A stretch of DNA of 64,000 nucleotides, taken from positions 1,593 to 65,592 of the forward strand of contig JAFYPH010000062.1 of assembly GCA_017547585.1 (NCBI GenBank), in the 5' to 3' direction. This DNA comes from Bacteroidaceae bacterium. GTDB taxonomy: Bacteria > Bacteroidota > Bacteroidia > Bacteroidales > Bacteroidaceae. The notes beneath the pieces were generated by a model. It saw nothing but the letters and a program-made list of their open reading frames with translations, ran no database searches and had not been told where the DNA came from. Shown piece by piece: positions 38,242 through 46,040 of this stretch. Position numbers and translations under genes: made by a program. Positions within the stretch are counted from its first letter, which is position 1, and each line of letters begins with the position of its first letter.

Positions 38242-38249
38242 CAAATATA
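38242..38249 (-). promoter_or_regulatory. -7 promoter box (TATATTTG on the minus strand) of the ilv leader/operon
   Basis: The plus strand reads caaatata. The leader ATG is 34 nt downstream of the box. Confidence 0.5.
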
Positions 38250-38434
38250 CTCTCTTTTTTTAGTATGACAAAAGAATCATGATAAAAATCGGCTTTTGCG
38301 GACAAAAAGAATGCTTTTTAATAAGGTAAAAGAGCTATTTTGATGTTTTTTTGAACTTTTTCGCCTATTTCGGTTTTATTTCAGAATTGGTGTTGAAATT
38401 TGTATCAGACAAAAACAATTAAACAATTAAGATT

Positions 38435-38875
38435 ATGAGAACATTATTGGTAGCCGTTATTTTGGCTTTTTCTACAGGAGTTGCAGTGGTCAATGCAGAT
38501 AATGACAGAGTGGTAACAAAAAATGCTCTTCCCGCAAAAGCGCAGGCTTTCATCGCCGAGTATTTCGCCGGAAAGGATATTGTTGCAGCAAAAGAGGAAC
38601 GCGAGTTCAGAGTGAATAGTTTCGAGGTTCTTCTCACGGACGGAATAAAGTTGGAATTCTACAAGAATGGTGCGTGGAAAGAGGTAGATTGCCGCAACAA
38701 TGCAGTGCCTGCGGGTATCGTTCCTGCGAAGATAACATCTTATGTGAATGTACATTACCCGGGAACGAATATTGTGAAAATAGATTTCGACAAATACGAT
38801 TACGAGGTTAATCTCTCCAATGGTCTTGAGCTTACTTTCAACAAAAGATTCAAGATTGTGGATGTTGACAATTGA
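38435..38875 (+). CDS. PepSY-like (putative beta-lactamase-inhibitor-like) periplasmic protein
   Basis: 146 aa with a signal peptide. Repeated LP.KA..FI...F...I......EV.L.DG..LEF module, typical of the Bacteroidetes PepSY-like family. Confidence 0.7.
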   Translation: MRTLLVAVILAFSTGVAVVNADNDRVVTKNALPAKAQAFIAEYFAGKDIVAAKEEREFRVNSFEVLLTDGIKLEFYKNGAWKEVDCRNNAVPAGIVPAKITSYVNVHYPGTNIVKIDFDKYDYEVNLSNGLELTFNKRFKIVDVDN

Positions 38876-38908
38876 TAAATTTGAATAACTGATAATATGG
38901 AACTTTAA

Positions 38909-38944
38909 GAGGCTGGTTTTCGACGATGGGCGAAAATCAGCCTC
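38909..38944. terminator. Strong hairpin between the PepSY-like gene (+) and the radical-SAM gene (-)
   Basis: 14-bp stem gaggctggttttcg / cgaaaatcagcctc (one G-U pair). It overlaps the last codons and stop of the minus-strand gene. The T-tracts are weak, so terminator function is uncertain. Confidence 0.4.
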
Positions 38945-39623
38945 CAACGCCTAAGTCTGTATTGTTCAGCAGAATCTCGGCCTTCGTCGAGCGCTCGGCC
39001 TCGTGGTAAATATTATTTATGAACCAGTGGGCAAGCTCGTCGTCGCGCTTGACGTCGGTGCTGTTGTTGCAGAATACGTTTATGCTGTAGTACTCAAATA
39101 GTTTCTCGGCTTTTTGAATGTCGCTGATGATGCGCTCGCGGCTCTCGCCCTCGGTGCAGCATAGCAGGCAGACGCCTTGAAAATATTTTGCAACATCTTC
39201 GGCCGTCACGCTCTCGGGCACGCCTTTGTTCCATCGTTTGCGTTGCTTGCCGTCGAAGCTCTCGATGCCGCAGCGGAACTTCACCTTCAGCGGGGCAAAA
39301 TAGTCGGCAAACTCGGCGAGGCGGTGGCGGTACATATAGTGCATTTCGAACCACAGAGTGTTGATGTTCTTCTCTGTGGCCACCTTTTTTATCAGCTTCA
39401 GCGTGTCGGCGTCAAGCTCGAGGCCCGACCCCGAATTTATAATGTCGAGAATGCCGTAACAGCCTGTCACTTTGCTCAATACCTCTTCGTTCAGCCTGTA
39501 TGGATTTTCGCTTGTGTCAGCGTGGTAGTCGCAGAAAGTGCATCTTCCCCATCGGCAGCCGCGGCCCTGCAGCAGCACAAATTCGCGCGGCATTTTTGTG
39601 TGAATCACAGAGTAGCGTTCCAT
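38937..39623 (-). CDS. Small radical-SAM-type enzyme with a CX4CX2C cluster motif
   Basis: 228 aa; FVLLQGRGCRWGRCTFCDY near the N-terminus, a GSG-containing segment (IINSGSGLE), and a fold length consistent with a partial TIM barrel. Starts 2 nt after the stop of the YhhQ-like gene. Confidence 0.65.
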   Translation of the reverse strand: MERYSVIHTKMPREFVLLQGRGCRWGRCTFCDYHADTSENPYRLNEEVLSKVTGCYGILDIINSGSGLELDADTLKLIKKVATEKNINTLWFEMHYMYRHRLAEFADYFAPLKVKFRCGIESFDGKQRKRWNKGVPESVTAEDVAKYFQGVCLLCCTEGESRERIISDIQKAEKLFEYYSINVFCNNSTDVKRDDELAHWFINNIYHEAERSTKAEILLNNTDLGVGG

Positions 39624-39625
39624 GC

Positions 39626-40297
39626 TCAGAAACTGTTTCTGTATTTTTTAAGCAAATGGATTGCAGCGTAGGCCATGGGGGTGCCCATCGTTGCCTCGAT
39701 TATAAGTTTACCGAAATATTGGAAAAGCAGCATCATTATAAGCTCGCGTGTGGATACTACTCCTGCAAATGCAATGAGTACAAACGGCAGTGTGTCAAAA
39801 AGATAGCCCACCATTGAACTTCCTATTGTTCTCACCCACAGACGCTTGCCTTTCATGCGCTCCTTTATCTTCTCCATCACCCATGCGTTTGAAAGTTCGC
39901 CCAGCAGAAAGCCCGCCAGCGAGCCGAGTACTATGCGCGGAACGTACGAGAAAATGTGGTTGTAGGCGTTTGCTGTCTCCGAAAGATATTCGGGCGATGG
40001 CAGCCACACTCCAATCTGCGTGCACACTACAAGAATGATGTTGCAGCAGAATGTTGCCCAGATTACGCGCTTCGCCGTGCGGAATCCCCACAGCTCCGTG
40101 AGTACGTCGCCCAGCATATAAGCGAAAGGAAAGGTGATTGTACCTGCGTCAAAGTAGAAGAGGTCGGCGAGGCCGATTACTTTGACAGCCATGATGTTAG
40201 AAACTAAATAGAGCGTTACGAAAAGCGCAGTGACTATCATCAGCGCATTTCCGCCTGTTGCTCGGTTTTTTGAAGGGTTGTCCGATACCTTATGCAT
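39626..40297 (-). CDS. yhhQ: YhhQ/VUT-family queuosine-precursor transporter
   Basis: 223 aa with about 6 TM segments. Family motifs ITFPFAYMLGDVLTELWG and SSMVGYLFDTLPFVLIAF. Confidence 0.8.
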   Translation of the reverse strand: MHKVSDNPSKNRATGGNALMIVTALFVTLYLVSNIMAVKVIGLADLFYFDAGTITFPFAYMLGDVLTELWGFRTAKRVIWATFCCNIILVVCTQIGVWLPSPEYLSETANAYNHIFSYVPRIVLGSLAGFLLGELSNAWVMEKIKERMKGKRLWVRTIGSSMVGYLFDTLPFVLIAFAGVVSTRELIMMLLFQYFGKLIIEATMGTPMAYAAIHLLKKYRNSF

Positions 40298-40319
40298 AAT
40301 GTCTTTTGTTTTTCGCCTG

Positions 40320-40327
40320 CAAAATTA
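40320..40327 (-). promoter_or_regulatory. -7 promoter box (TAATTTTG on the minus strand) for yhhQ and the radical-SAM gene
   Basis: The plus strand reads caaaatta, 23 nt upstream of the yhhQ ATG. Confidence 0.45.
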
Positions 40328-40356
40328 ATGTAACTGCGGTGGAGAACAAAATAAAA

Positions 40357-41253
40357 TTACCTCTTTTTCTCGTAGACTCTAAAGTCGGCAAGGTCGATGC
40401 TTTCGTCCTTGATGCCGTTGTCGGGGCGGTCGTTGCCGTCTCTCATCTTGCGGCCGTAGCTGCGGTAGAGTCCGAATTTGTTGCGTATGTTCGTCGCTCC
40501 CGTGCGCCAAAGGTCGATGCCTTTGAACTTTTTGTCTATTAATATCTTGCCGTCGCTCATGCGCTTCATCTTTATTTTGAACGCGCCATCGTGCTTGTAG
40601 TGCATTTCTGTGGTTACCTCTATCCACTGCCCCTCAAAGTCGCTCAGCGGAAGGTTGTCGACGAGCACTCCTCGGCTGCTCTCGCGTGTGTCGCCTGTGT
40701 GTATCACCTGAATGCGGCGGTTGCTGCCATCCTTGTTGCAGCGGGTGCTTATCGTTATCAGCGGCGCGCCGTTGTTGCCCTCCTGTGCCTTCAGCTGGTG
40801 AATGTGGCAGAATTTTGTGCTTGCGCGGAATCCTGTGGGCAGTCGGAACTTCCATTTGAGAATCTGTCTCTCGCCGATGTTTCCGTTCAGGTGACGCCAC
40901 CGCTCGGCTGTCAGACTTTTCATTTCGTTGCGCTGGCGGTCTTCTTTCTTTCCTCTGTCACCGTCAAGATGTTCAGCATTAGCATGAATGGAGAAACGGA
41001 AAATATACTCTCCAAGCTCTTCGTCGAAAATAACTTCGCAGTGTGTGGCATCGGGGTGGTCGTTGGGCGAAATATTCGGGTGCTCTGTGTAGTTCCATCC
41101 TGCGCGGCCCATCAGTCTGTTAATCTCTTTGTGGTCTTTCCCCATCAGGCTTTCGTCGGCCCGAAGCGAACTTTTCAGGCTGTATCTGTTTGTGCTGCAC
41201 GATGCGCACAGGCATATTATCGACAGAATACCTATAATATATATGTTTCTCAT
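40357..41253 (-). CDS. Lipoprotein with a concanavalin-like polysaccharide-lyase-type domain
   Basis: Lipobox ICLCASCS. The pattern HIHQLKAQEGNNGAPLITIS..., WIEVTTEMHYKHDGAFKIKMKR and KFGLYRS resembles the heparin-lyase-I-like Polysacc_lyase family. Confidence 0.5.
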   Translation of the reverse strand: MRNIYIIGILSIICLCASCSTNRYSLKSSLRADESLMGKDHKEINRLMGRAGWNYTEHPNISPNDHPDATHCEVIFDEELGEYIFRFSIHANAEHLDGDRGKKEDRQRNEMKSLTAERWRHLNGNIGERQILKWKFRLPTGFRASTKFCHIHQLKAQEGNNGAPLITISTRCNKDGSNRRIQVIHTGDTRESSRGVLVDNLPLSDFEGQWIEVTTEMHYKHDGAFKIKMKRMSDGKILIDKKFKGIDLWRTGATNIRNKFGLYRSYGRKMRDGNDRPDNGIKDESIDLADFRVYEKKR

Positions 41254-41299
41254 TTTTCGGACTTTTTAATTACTAACGTCCCAAATACTCTTTTTATTA

Positions 41300-41331
41300 T
41301 TTGTGCTTGTTGATATCTATTGCTACTTTTG
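41300..41331 (+). promoter_or_regulatory. Consensus Bacteroides promoter (TTTG, 20-nt spacer, TACTTTTG) for the WYL regulator gene
   Basis: TTTG at 41300-41303 and TACTTTTG at 41324-41331. The ATG is 22 nt downstream. Confidence 0.55.
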
Positions 41332-41353
41332 CCGAAGAAGAGAAAAATGAATC

Positions 41354-42262
41354 ATGGATCAGCCGAAGATTGAGCGTTTGCTACGATTGATAAAGTTGTT
41401 GACGGGTAACGTCAACTATACTGTCGACGAGATTGCCCGCAAATTGGAAATGTCGCGTCGCACAGTCTATCGCTATATAGACACTCTAAAGTCGGCGGGC
41501 TTTGTTATCCGCCGCGTGGACGACTCCTTCCATATGCTCAAAGAGAATCATCGTCTCGATGATATTGACAAGCTCGTGCACTTCAGCGAGGAAGAGGGCG
41601 CGCTTGTGAATCGTCTCATCGACGGGCTCGACGACACTAATATGCTCAAGCTCAATCTGCGAAAAAAGCTGGCGGCTGTCTACAATTTTACCTCGCTTGC
41701 CGATTGTGTAGTAAAAAAAGATAGTGTGACAAACACTCACGAGCTTATTTCGGCCATCGAGGGGCGCAGACAGGTGGTGCTGCGCCGTTACTCGTCGTCG
41801 AACAAGGGTGACGTGCGCGACAGGGTGGTGGAGCCTTTCGAGTTTACAACCAACTATATACAGGTGTGGTGCTACGAGCCGCTGACGCGCATGAACAAGC
41901 TCTTCCGCGTTTCGCGCATAGGCTCGGTCGAGGTTACCGACGCTGCGTGGGAGTTCGAGAGTGAACACCGCAGCGCAAAGATGGACATTTTCCGCACCGG
42001 CGGCAGCGAGGGCAAGCGCGTGCAGCTGGAGCTGGGAGTGATGGCGAAGAATCTTCTGCTCGAAGAGTATCCTCTCGCCGTGCGCGACCTTTCGCCCATT
42101 CCCGGTACAGAGCGCTGGTTGCTCGACACTGTTGTCTATCGTTACGAGGGTGTGGGACGTTTCGTCATCGGCCTTGCCAACGATATTGTCATCCGCGAGG
42201 GCGACGGCCTCAAAGATTATCTGCGCGAGTTTGTTGCCGACCACTGCAAGGCTCTATTTTAA
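41354..42262 (+). CDS. HTH plus WYL-domain transcriptional regulator
   Basis: N-terminal HTH (ERLLRLIKLL...YTVDEIARKLEMSRRTVYRYIDTLKSAGF). Central WYL-type segment (VVLRRYSSS...RVVEPFEFTTNYIQVWCYEP...KLFRVSRI). C-terminal extension. Confidence 0.8.
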   Translation: MDQPKIERLLRLIKLLTGNVNYTVDEIARKLEMSRRTVYRYIDTLKSAGFVIRRVDDSFHMLKENHRLDDIDKLVHFSEEEGALVNRLIDGLDDTNMLKLNLRKKLAAVYNFTSLADCVVKKDSVTNTHELISAIEGRRQVVLRRYSSSNKGDVRDRVVEPFEFTTNYIQVWCYEPLTRMNKLFRVSRIGSVEVTDAAWEFESEHRSAKMDIFRTGGSEGKRVQLELGVMAKNLLLEEYPLAVRDLSPIPGTERWLLDTVVYRYEGVGRFVIGLANDIVIREGDGLKDYLREFVADHCKALF

Positions 42263-42269
42263 TATATGA

Positions 42270-42428
42270 TGCGTTCCCGCACAGATTACACAGTATGTTA
42301 ACAGCAACTACCCCAATGTGAATATCCAGCAGATAGAGCGCGACAGAGTGGATTACGAATTGAGACTCTCCAACCGTCTGGAGCTTACATTCGATACAAA
42401 ATTCAACATCATCGACATTGACGATTAG
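42270..42428 (+). pseudogene. 3' remnant of a PepSY-like gene (last ~50 codons, no start codon)
   Basis: An open frame begins right after an in-frame TGA and encodes ...VPAQITQYVNSNYPNVNIQQIERDRVDYELRLSNRLELTFDTKFNIIDIDD. That is 28/50 identical (hand alignment) to the C-terminus of the 38435-38875 product. It is followed by its own terminator. Confidence 0.75.
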
Positions 42429-42468
42429 TCTGTCAGCGTGACAAGAATATTAAAGAAAAGCTACTTAC

Positions 42469-42505
42469 AATCGATGGCAGGCATCAGTCTGCCATCGATT
42501 TTTTG
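42469..42505 (+). terminator. Rho-independent terminator belonging to the PepSY-like remnant
   Basis: 12-bp perfect stem aatcgatggcag / ctgccatcgatt followed by a T-run. Confidence 0.8.
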
Positions 42506-42622
42506 TCTGATTTTCCCTAAGAGAAGAGAAAATGATAATATTTTTGATGATTTTTTGTTTTGTGTCAAGAGTTGTCACAAGGCGGGGGTAATTTTGCATC
42601 GTAAACATAAAAAAACAGTGCT

Positions 42623-42841
42623 ATGAACGAAGTGAATTTTATCAATTATCTTTTACTTGCATTTTTTGTTGCGGGTACATTCTATGTTGCATCTATTGTA
42701 GCTAAAGAGGTTTGCGACGATTTTTCGCGCTATTTGAAGCCCGTGAAGAGACTCATGCGCCGCCAGCTGTCGCGCCTGATGCACGATGCTTCATCTTTCT
42801 TGCGCTATTTTTCTTTGCGTCTCTATCGCGAAAAGTGTTAA
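42623..42841 (+). CDS. Hypothetical small membrane protein (1 TM segment plus an Arg-rich tail)
   Basis: 72 aa; TM segment INYLLLAFFVAGTFYVASIV. Preceded by a TAATTTTG -7 box at 42589-42596. Confidence 0.45.
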   Translation: MNEVNFINYLLLAFFVAGTFYVASIVAKEVCDDFSRYLKPVKRLMRRQLSRLMHDASSFLRYFSLRLYREKC

Positions 42842-42918
42842 TTCTGCAAAGTGAATCGTTCGATTCTGTTGCATCTTCGCAGGCAGAATTGTAAAATGAA
42901 TATATAAAGATATTGCTT

Positions 42919-43332
42919 ATGTTTGGCTTTTGGGGGAACGAAAAAAAAAGGGGCGAGACGGCTCTCTCGTTGAGCTTCTTCGACAGGGACAATAAGAAAG
43001 TTTACGAGGTTTCGTACGAGAGTTGCGAGTTCAACGACTATGCGCGTGTGAAGGTGCTCGAGGGCTATTGCGAGAAGATGAATATGCGCTTCAAGCATTG
43101 GTTGCCCAACAACCGCTTCGACTCTCTGGTGGGGCACGCACTGCGCAACGGATTCTTTTCGTTGAAGCCTCTTTACGAGGGTGACGTCAAGGATAATCAC
43201 AAATATGTGCTGTCGCTCAGTGTCGATGGGAAGCGGCGCGAGGTTGTCGACAGCTACGGTGCTGCGCCCCGCTGGTTGCGCGAGTTCGAGGTTATGCTTA
43301 TGAACGAGTGTATTGCCGCCGAGGGGGCGTAA
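42919..43332 (+). CDS. Hypothetical protein (137 aa)
   Basis: ORF 42913..43332 begins with TTG, so the ATG at 42919 (MFGFWGNEKKRG...) was chosen. No recognisable motif; codon usage is like the surrounding genes. Confidence 0.5.
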   Translation: MFGFWGNEKKRGETALSLSFFDRDNKKVYEVSYESCEFNDYARVKVLEGYCEKMNMRFKHWLPNNRFDSLVGHALRNGFFSLKPLYEGDVKDNHKYVLSLSVDGKRREVVDSYGAAPRWLREFEVMLMNECIAAEGA

Positions 43333-43398
43333 CCTTCGAGAGCCGGCAAACAAATTCTCTGTTTCGAATGTTTATTGCAATAAAATAGTTGTAGTATT

Positions 43399-44388
43399 AT
43401 GAAGAAACTAAGAATTACGGTTTTTGCCGACCCTGTGTGTACATGGTGTTGGGGCAGTGTGCCTGTGTTGCGGGCGCTTGAGTATCGCCTCGGGAAAAAT
43501 GTGGAGATTGAGTATGTGATGTGCGGAATGATAGAGGATATTCGCTCTTTTGTCAACCGACGTCTGCAGATTGGTGGCGACACGGCCCTCTCTAACAGAA
43601 ATATGATGAAGGCGTGGCTCGAGGCTTCTGTCGTTCATGGAATGCCCGTGCAGGAGCATGGCTTTCATCTTTTCTCCGATGCGCACCCCTCGACCTTCCC
43701 GCAGAATATTGCCTATGTGGCTGCGAAACTATGCCTCGCCGATGAGGGGGGCGACCTTGCGCGTGCCAACCGCTATCTGCGACGCGTGCAGCAGGCGACT
43801 GCGCTCGAGGCGATACAGACTTCGCGCGTGGAGATTCTTGCCGACCTTGCGGCTGTCGAGGGCTTCGACCCCGAGGAGTTTGCGCAGACGATGGATAGCG
43901 ACGCGGCGAAAAAGGCTTTTGCCGACGACCGCGAACGTGCGCGCCTTTTTGACGTGAAGGAGTTCCCAACCTTTTTACTCGAATATTCGGGTCGCGAGTC
44001 TGTTCTTCGCGGCTACACTACATACAATGCTTTTGTGAAAGAGATTCTCGCTCTCGGTGGCGGCGAGATTCCCGCCCGCCTGCTCAAGCAGTCGGGCAGC
44101 GAGGCAGACAGCCACGCTCCTACAATAAAGAATGTGAAGAGCTTCGTGCAGCACTATAAGAGCGTCTTTCCCGTGGAGATTGCCACAGCCTTTTCTCTTG
44201 TGCGCCGCAGCGGCCGCTCGGCTGTGAATATAGAGTCCTATGAGCAGCTGCCCGACATTGTCGATGAACTGCTGAAGAGCGGCGAAATAGGAATGGCGCC
44301 TGTCGGCAACAGCTTCAAGCTCTTCGACCTTAAAGAGCCTGCAAATACTTCGCGTGAGCGCATGAGCGAACTGCACCACGCTTGGTAA
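43399..44388 (+). CDS. DsbA-family thioredoxin-fold protein with a C-terminal extension
   Basis: ITVFADPVCTWCWG (CxxC in DsbA-like context); 329 aa, about 100 aa longer than a minimal DsbA domain. Confidence 0.7.
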   Translation: MKKLRITVFADPVCTWCWGSVPVLRALEYRLGKNVEIEYVMCGMIEDIRSFVNRRLQIGGDTALSNRNMMKAWLEASVVHGMPVQEHGFHLFSDAHPSTFPQNIAYVAAKLCLADEGGDLARANRYLRRVQQATALEAIQTSRVEILADLAAVEGFDPEEFAQTMDSDAAKKAFADDRERARLFDVKEFPTFLLEYSGRESVLRGYTTYNAFVKEILALGGGEIPARLLKQSGSEADSHAPTIKNVKSFVQHYKSVFPVEIATAFSLVRRSGRSAVNIESYEQLPDIVDELLKSGEIGMAPVGNSFKLFDLKEPANTSRERMSELHHAW

Positions 44389-44394
44389 ATTCCA

Positions 44395-45906
44395 TTATAC
44401 TTCCATTATTTTCCACGCTGACGTCAGAGCATCTACGATGTCTCCTGCCGTCAATGCTGTGTGGCCGTTGCGTTCGGCGGCAATGTCTCCCGCGAGGCCG
44501 TGAATGTAGACTGCGATGCGTGCGGCGCTCGTCGAGTCGTAGCCGCGTGCAAGGAGTGCAAGCACAATGCCCGTGAGTGTGTCGCCGCTGCCTGCGGTTG
44601 CCATTCCCGGGTTTCCGGTGCTGTTGAAAAAGATGTTTCCGTCGGGGCTACACACTGCCGTGTATGCTCCTTTCAGTATGATGCAGATGTTGCATTTCTG
44701 TGCAAGCTCGGTGGCGGCTGCAAGCTGCTCTTCGCGGCTTTTTACTCCCCCTGCGAGGCGGGCAAACTCTCCCGGGTGCGGGGTTATTATGCTGCCGGCG
44801 GGCAGCTGCTCCAATGCTTCGGGATTTTTTGCTATTATATTAAGAGCATCGGCGTCAAGCACCATCGGCTCTCGGTTGTCGTTTATCAGTTGCAGCAGCG
44901 CCTTTTCTGTCGCGGCGGCTGTTCCAAGGCCGGGGCCGACAGCTACGGCTGTGTAGCGTTCAATGTTTGGCGGAGTACACAGATGGCTCTCGCCACCATC
45001 GGGCAGTGTCATTGCCTCGGGCACGGCCGTCTGCAGTATGGTATTGTTGCATTGTGGGGTAGCGACCGAGAGCAGTCCCACGCCCGAGCGCAGGGTGGCT
45101 CTTGCCGAGAGAACAGCCGCTCCGGCCATTCCCCGCGAGCCTGCCACGAGCAGTGCGTGCCCATAGTCGCCCTTGTGCGAGAATTTTCTACGGGCGGACA
45201 GCATTGCTGCAATTTCGGCTCTTTCTGTGTAGAAGAGATTGCTTTTTTGCTCCTCGATGGCACGGCTGTTCAGCCCGATGTCCAGGATGTGCCACTCTCC
45301 TGTGAATTGGTCGTTCGCAGGCATCAGAAACGAGAGCTTGGGGAACTGCAGCGTCAGCGTAGTGTGGGCGCGTACAATGTTATCGGTGTCGAAACTGCCG
45401 TTGCTCTCGCCGTGCAGTCCCGAGGGAATGTCTATGGCTACCCTCGTCGCCGAGCAGCTGTTGATGAAGCGTATCGCCCGGGCGAAGATTCCTTCGGCGG
45501 GCTTGTTGAGGCCGCTGCCGAAAATGCCGTCCACGATGATGCTATTTTCCGGTAGCGTGGGCGCTGTAAATTCATTGCCGAGTATGTTTATGGGCGTTGC
45601 GCACCTTCTCAATCTTTCAAGATTCTCTGCGCAGTCGGGCGACAGCCTGCCTTTGGGGTCGAGCAGCCACACTTCGCCCTTTTCGCCGGCCTCTTCGAGC
45701 ATGCGGGCAATGGCGAGTGCGTCGCCTCCGTTGTTGCCCGGTCCGGCAAAGATGGCAAAAAAGTTACCCTCTCCGCCGAATCTCTGCAAGATTGCATCGG
45801 TGAGTGTTCGCGCCGCGCGCTCCATAAGGTCAATCGAGGCGATGGGCTCGTAACGCATGGTGTCCGAGTCTATCTGCCGTATCTGCTCAGTCCTGAAAAT
45901 CTTCAT
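44395..45906 (-). CDS. nnr: Bifunctional NAD(P)H-hydrate epimerase / ADP-dependent dehydratase
   Basis: Start taken at MKIFRTEQIRQID. N-terminal YjeF_N (GPGNNGGDALAIAR) and C-terminal carbohydrate-kinase-like domain (GPGLG..., GNPGMATAGSGDTLTG). Confidence 0.9.
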   Translation of the reverse strand: MKIFRTEQIRQIDSDTMRYEPIASIDLMERAARTLTDAILQRFGGEGNFFAIFAGPGNNGGDALAIARMLEEAGEKGEVWLLDPKGRLSPDCAENLERLRRCATPINILGNEFTAPTLPENSIIVDGIFGSGLNKPAEGIFARAIRFINSCSATRVAIDIPSGLHGESNGSFDTDNIVRAHTTLTLQFPKLSFLMPANDQFTGEWHILDIGLNSRAIEEQKSNLFYTERAEIAAMLSARRKFSHKGDYGHALLVAGSRGMAGAAVLSARATLRSGVGLLSVATPQCNNTILQTAVPEAMTLPDGGESHLCTPPNIERYTAVAVGPGLGTAAATEKALLQLINDNREPMVLDADALNIIAKNPEALEQLPAGSIITPHPGEFARLAGGVKSREEQLAAATELAQKCNICIILKGAYTAVCSPDGNIFFNSTGNPGMATAGSGDTLTGIVLALLARGYDSTSAARIAVYIHGLAGDIAAERNGHTALTAGDIVDALTSAWKIMEV

Positions 45907-46040
45907 TTTTGTGCCCTTTTTGTTTACGCAGGCAAATATAGAATGTTTTTTTATTCCCAAGATTGCCTTTTGGGTAAAAACTGTTTTTTTTGTACTGTTT
46001 GTTCATTATCTTCGCGGCGGAAATAGAGTATCCGTAAAGA

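Noticed and set aside
42438-42626. 62-aa ORF between the PepSY remnant and the 72-aa gene
   Set aside because: It starts with GTG, reads straight through a strong terminator hairpin and the promoter of the next gene, and has no coding-like features.
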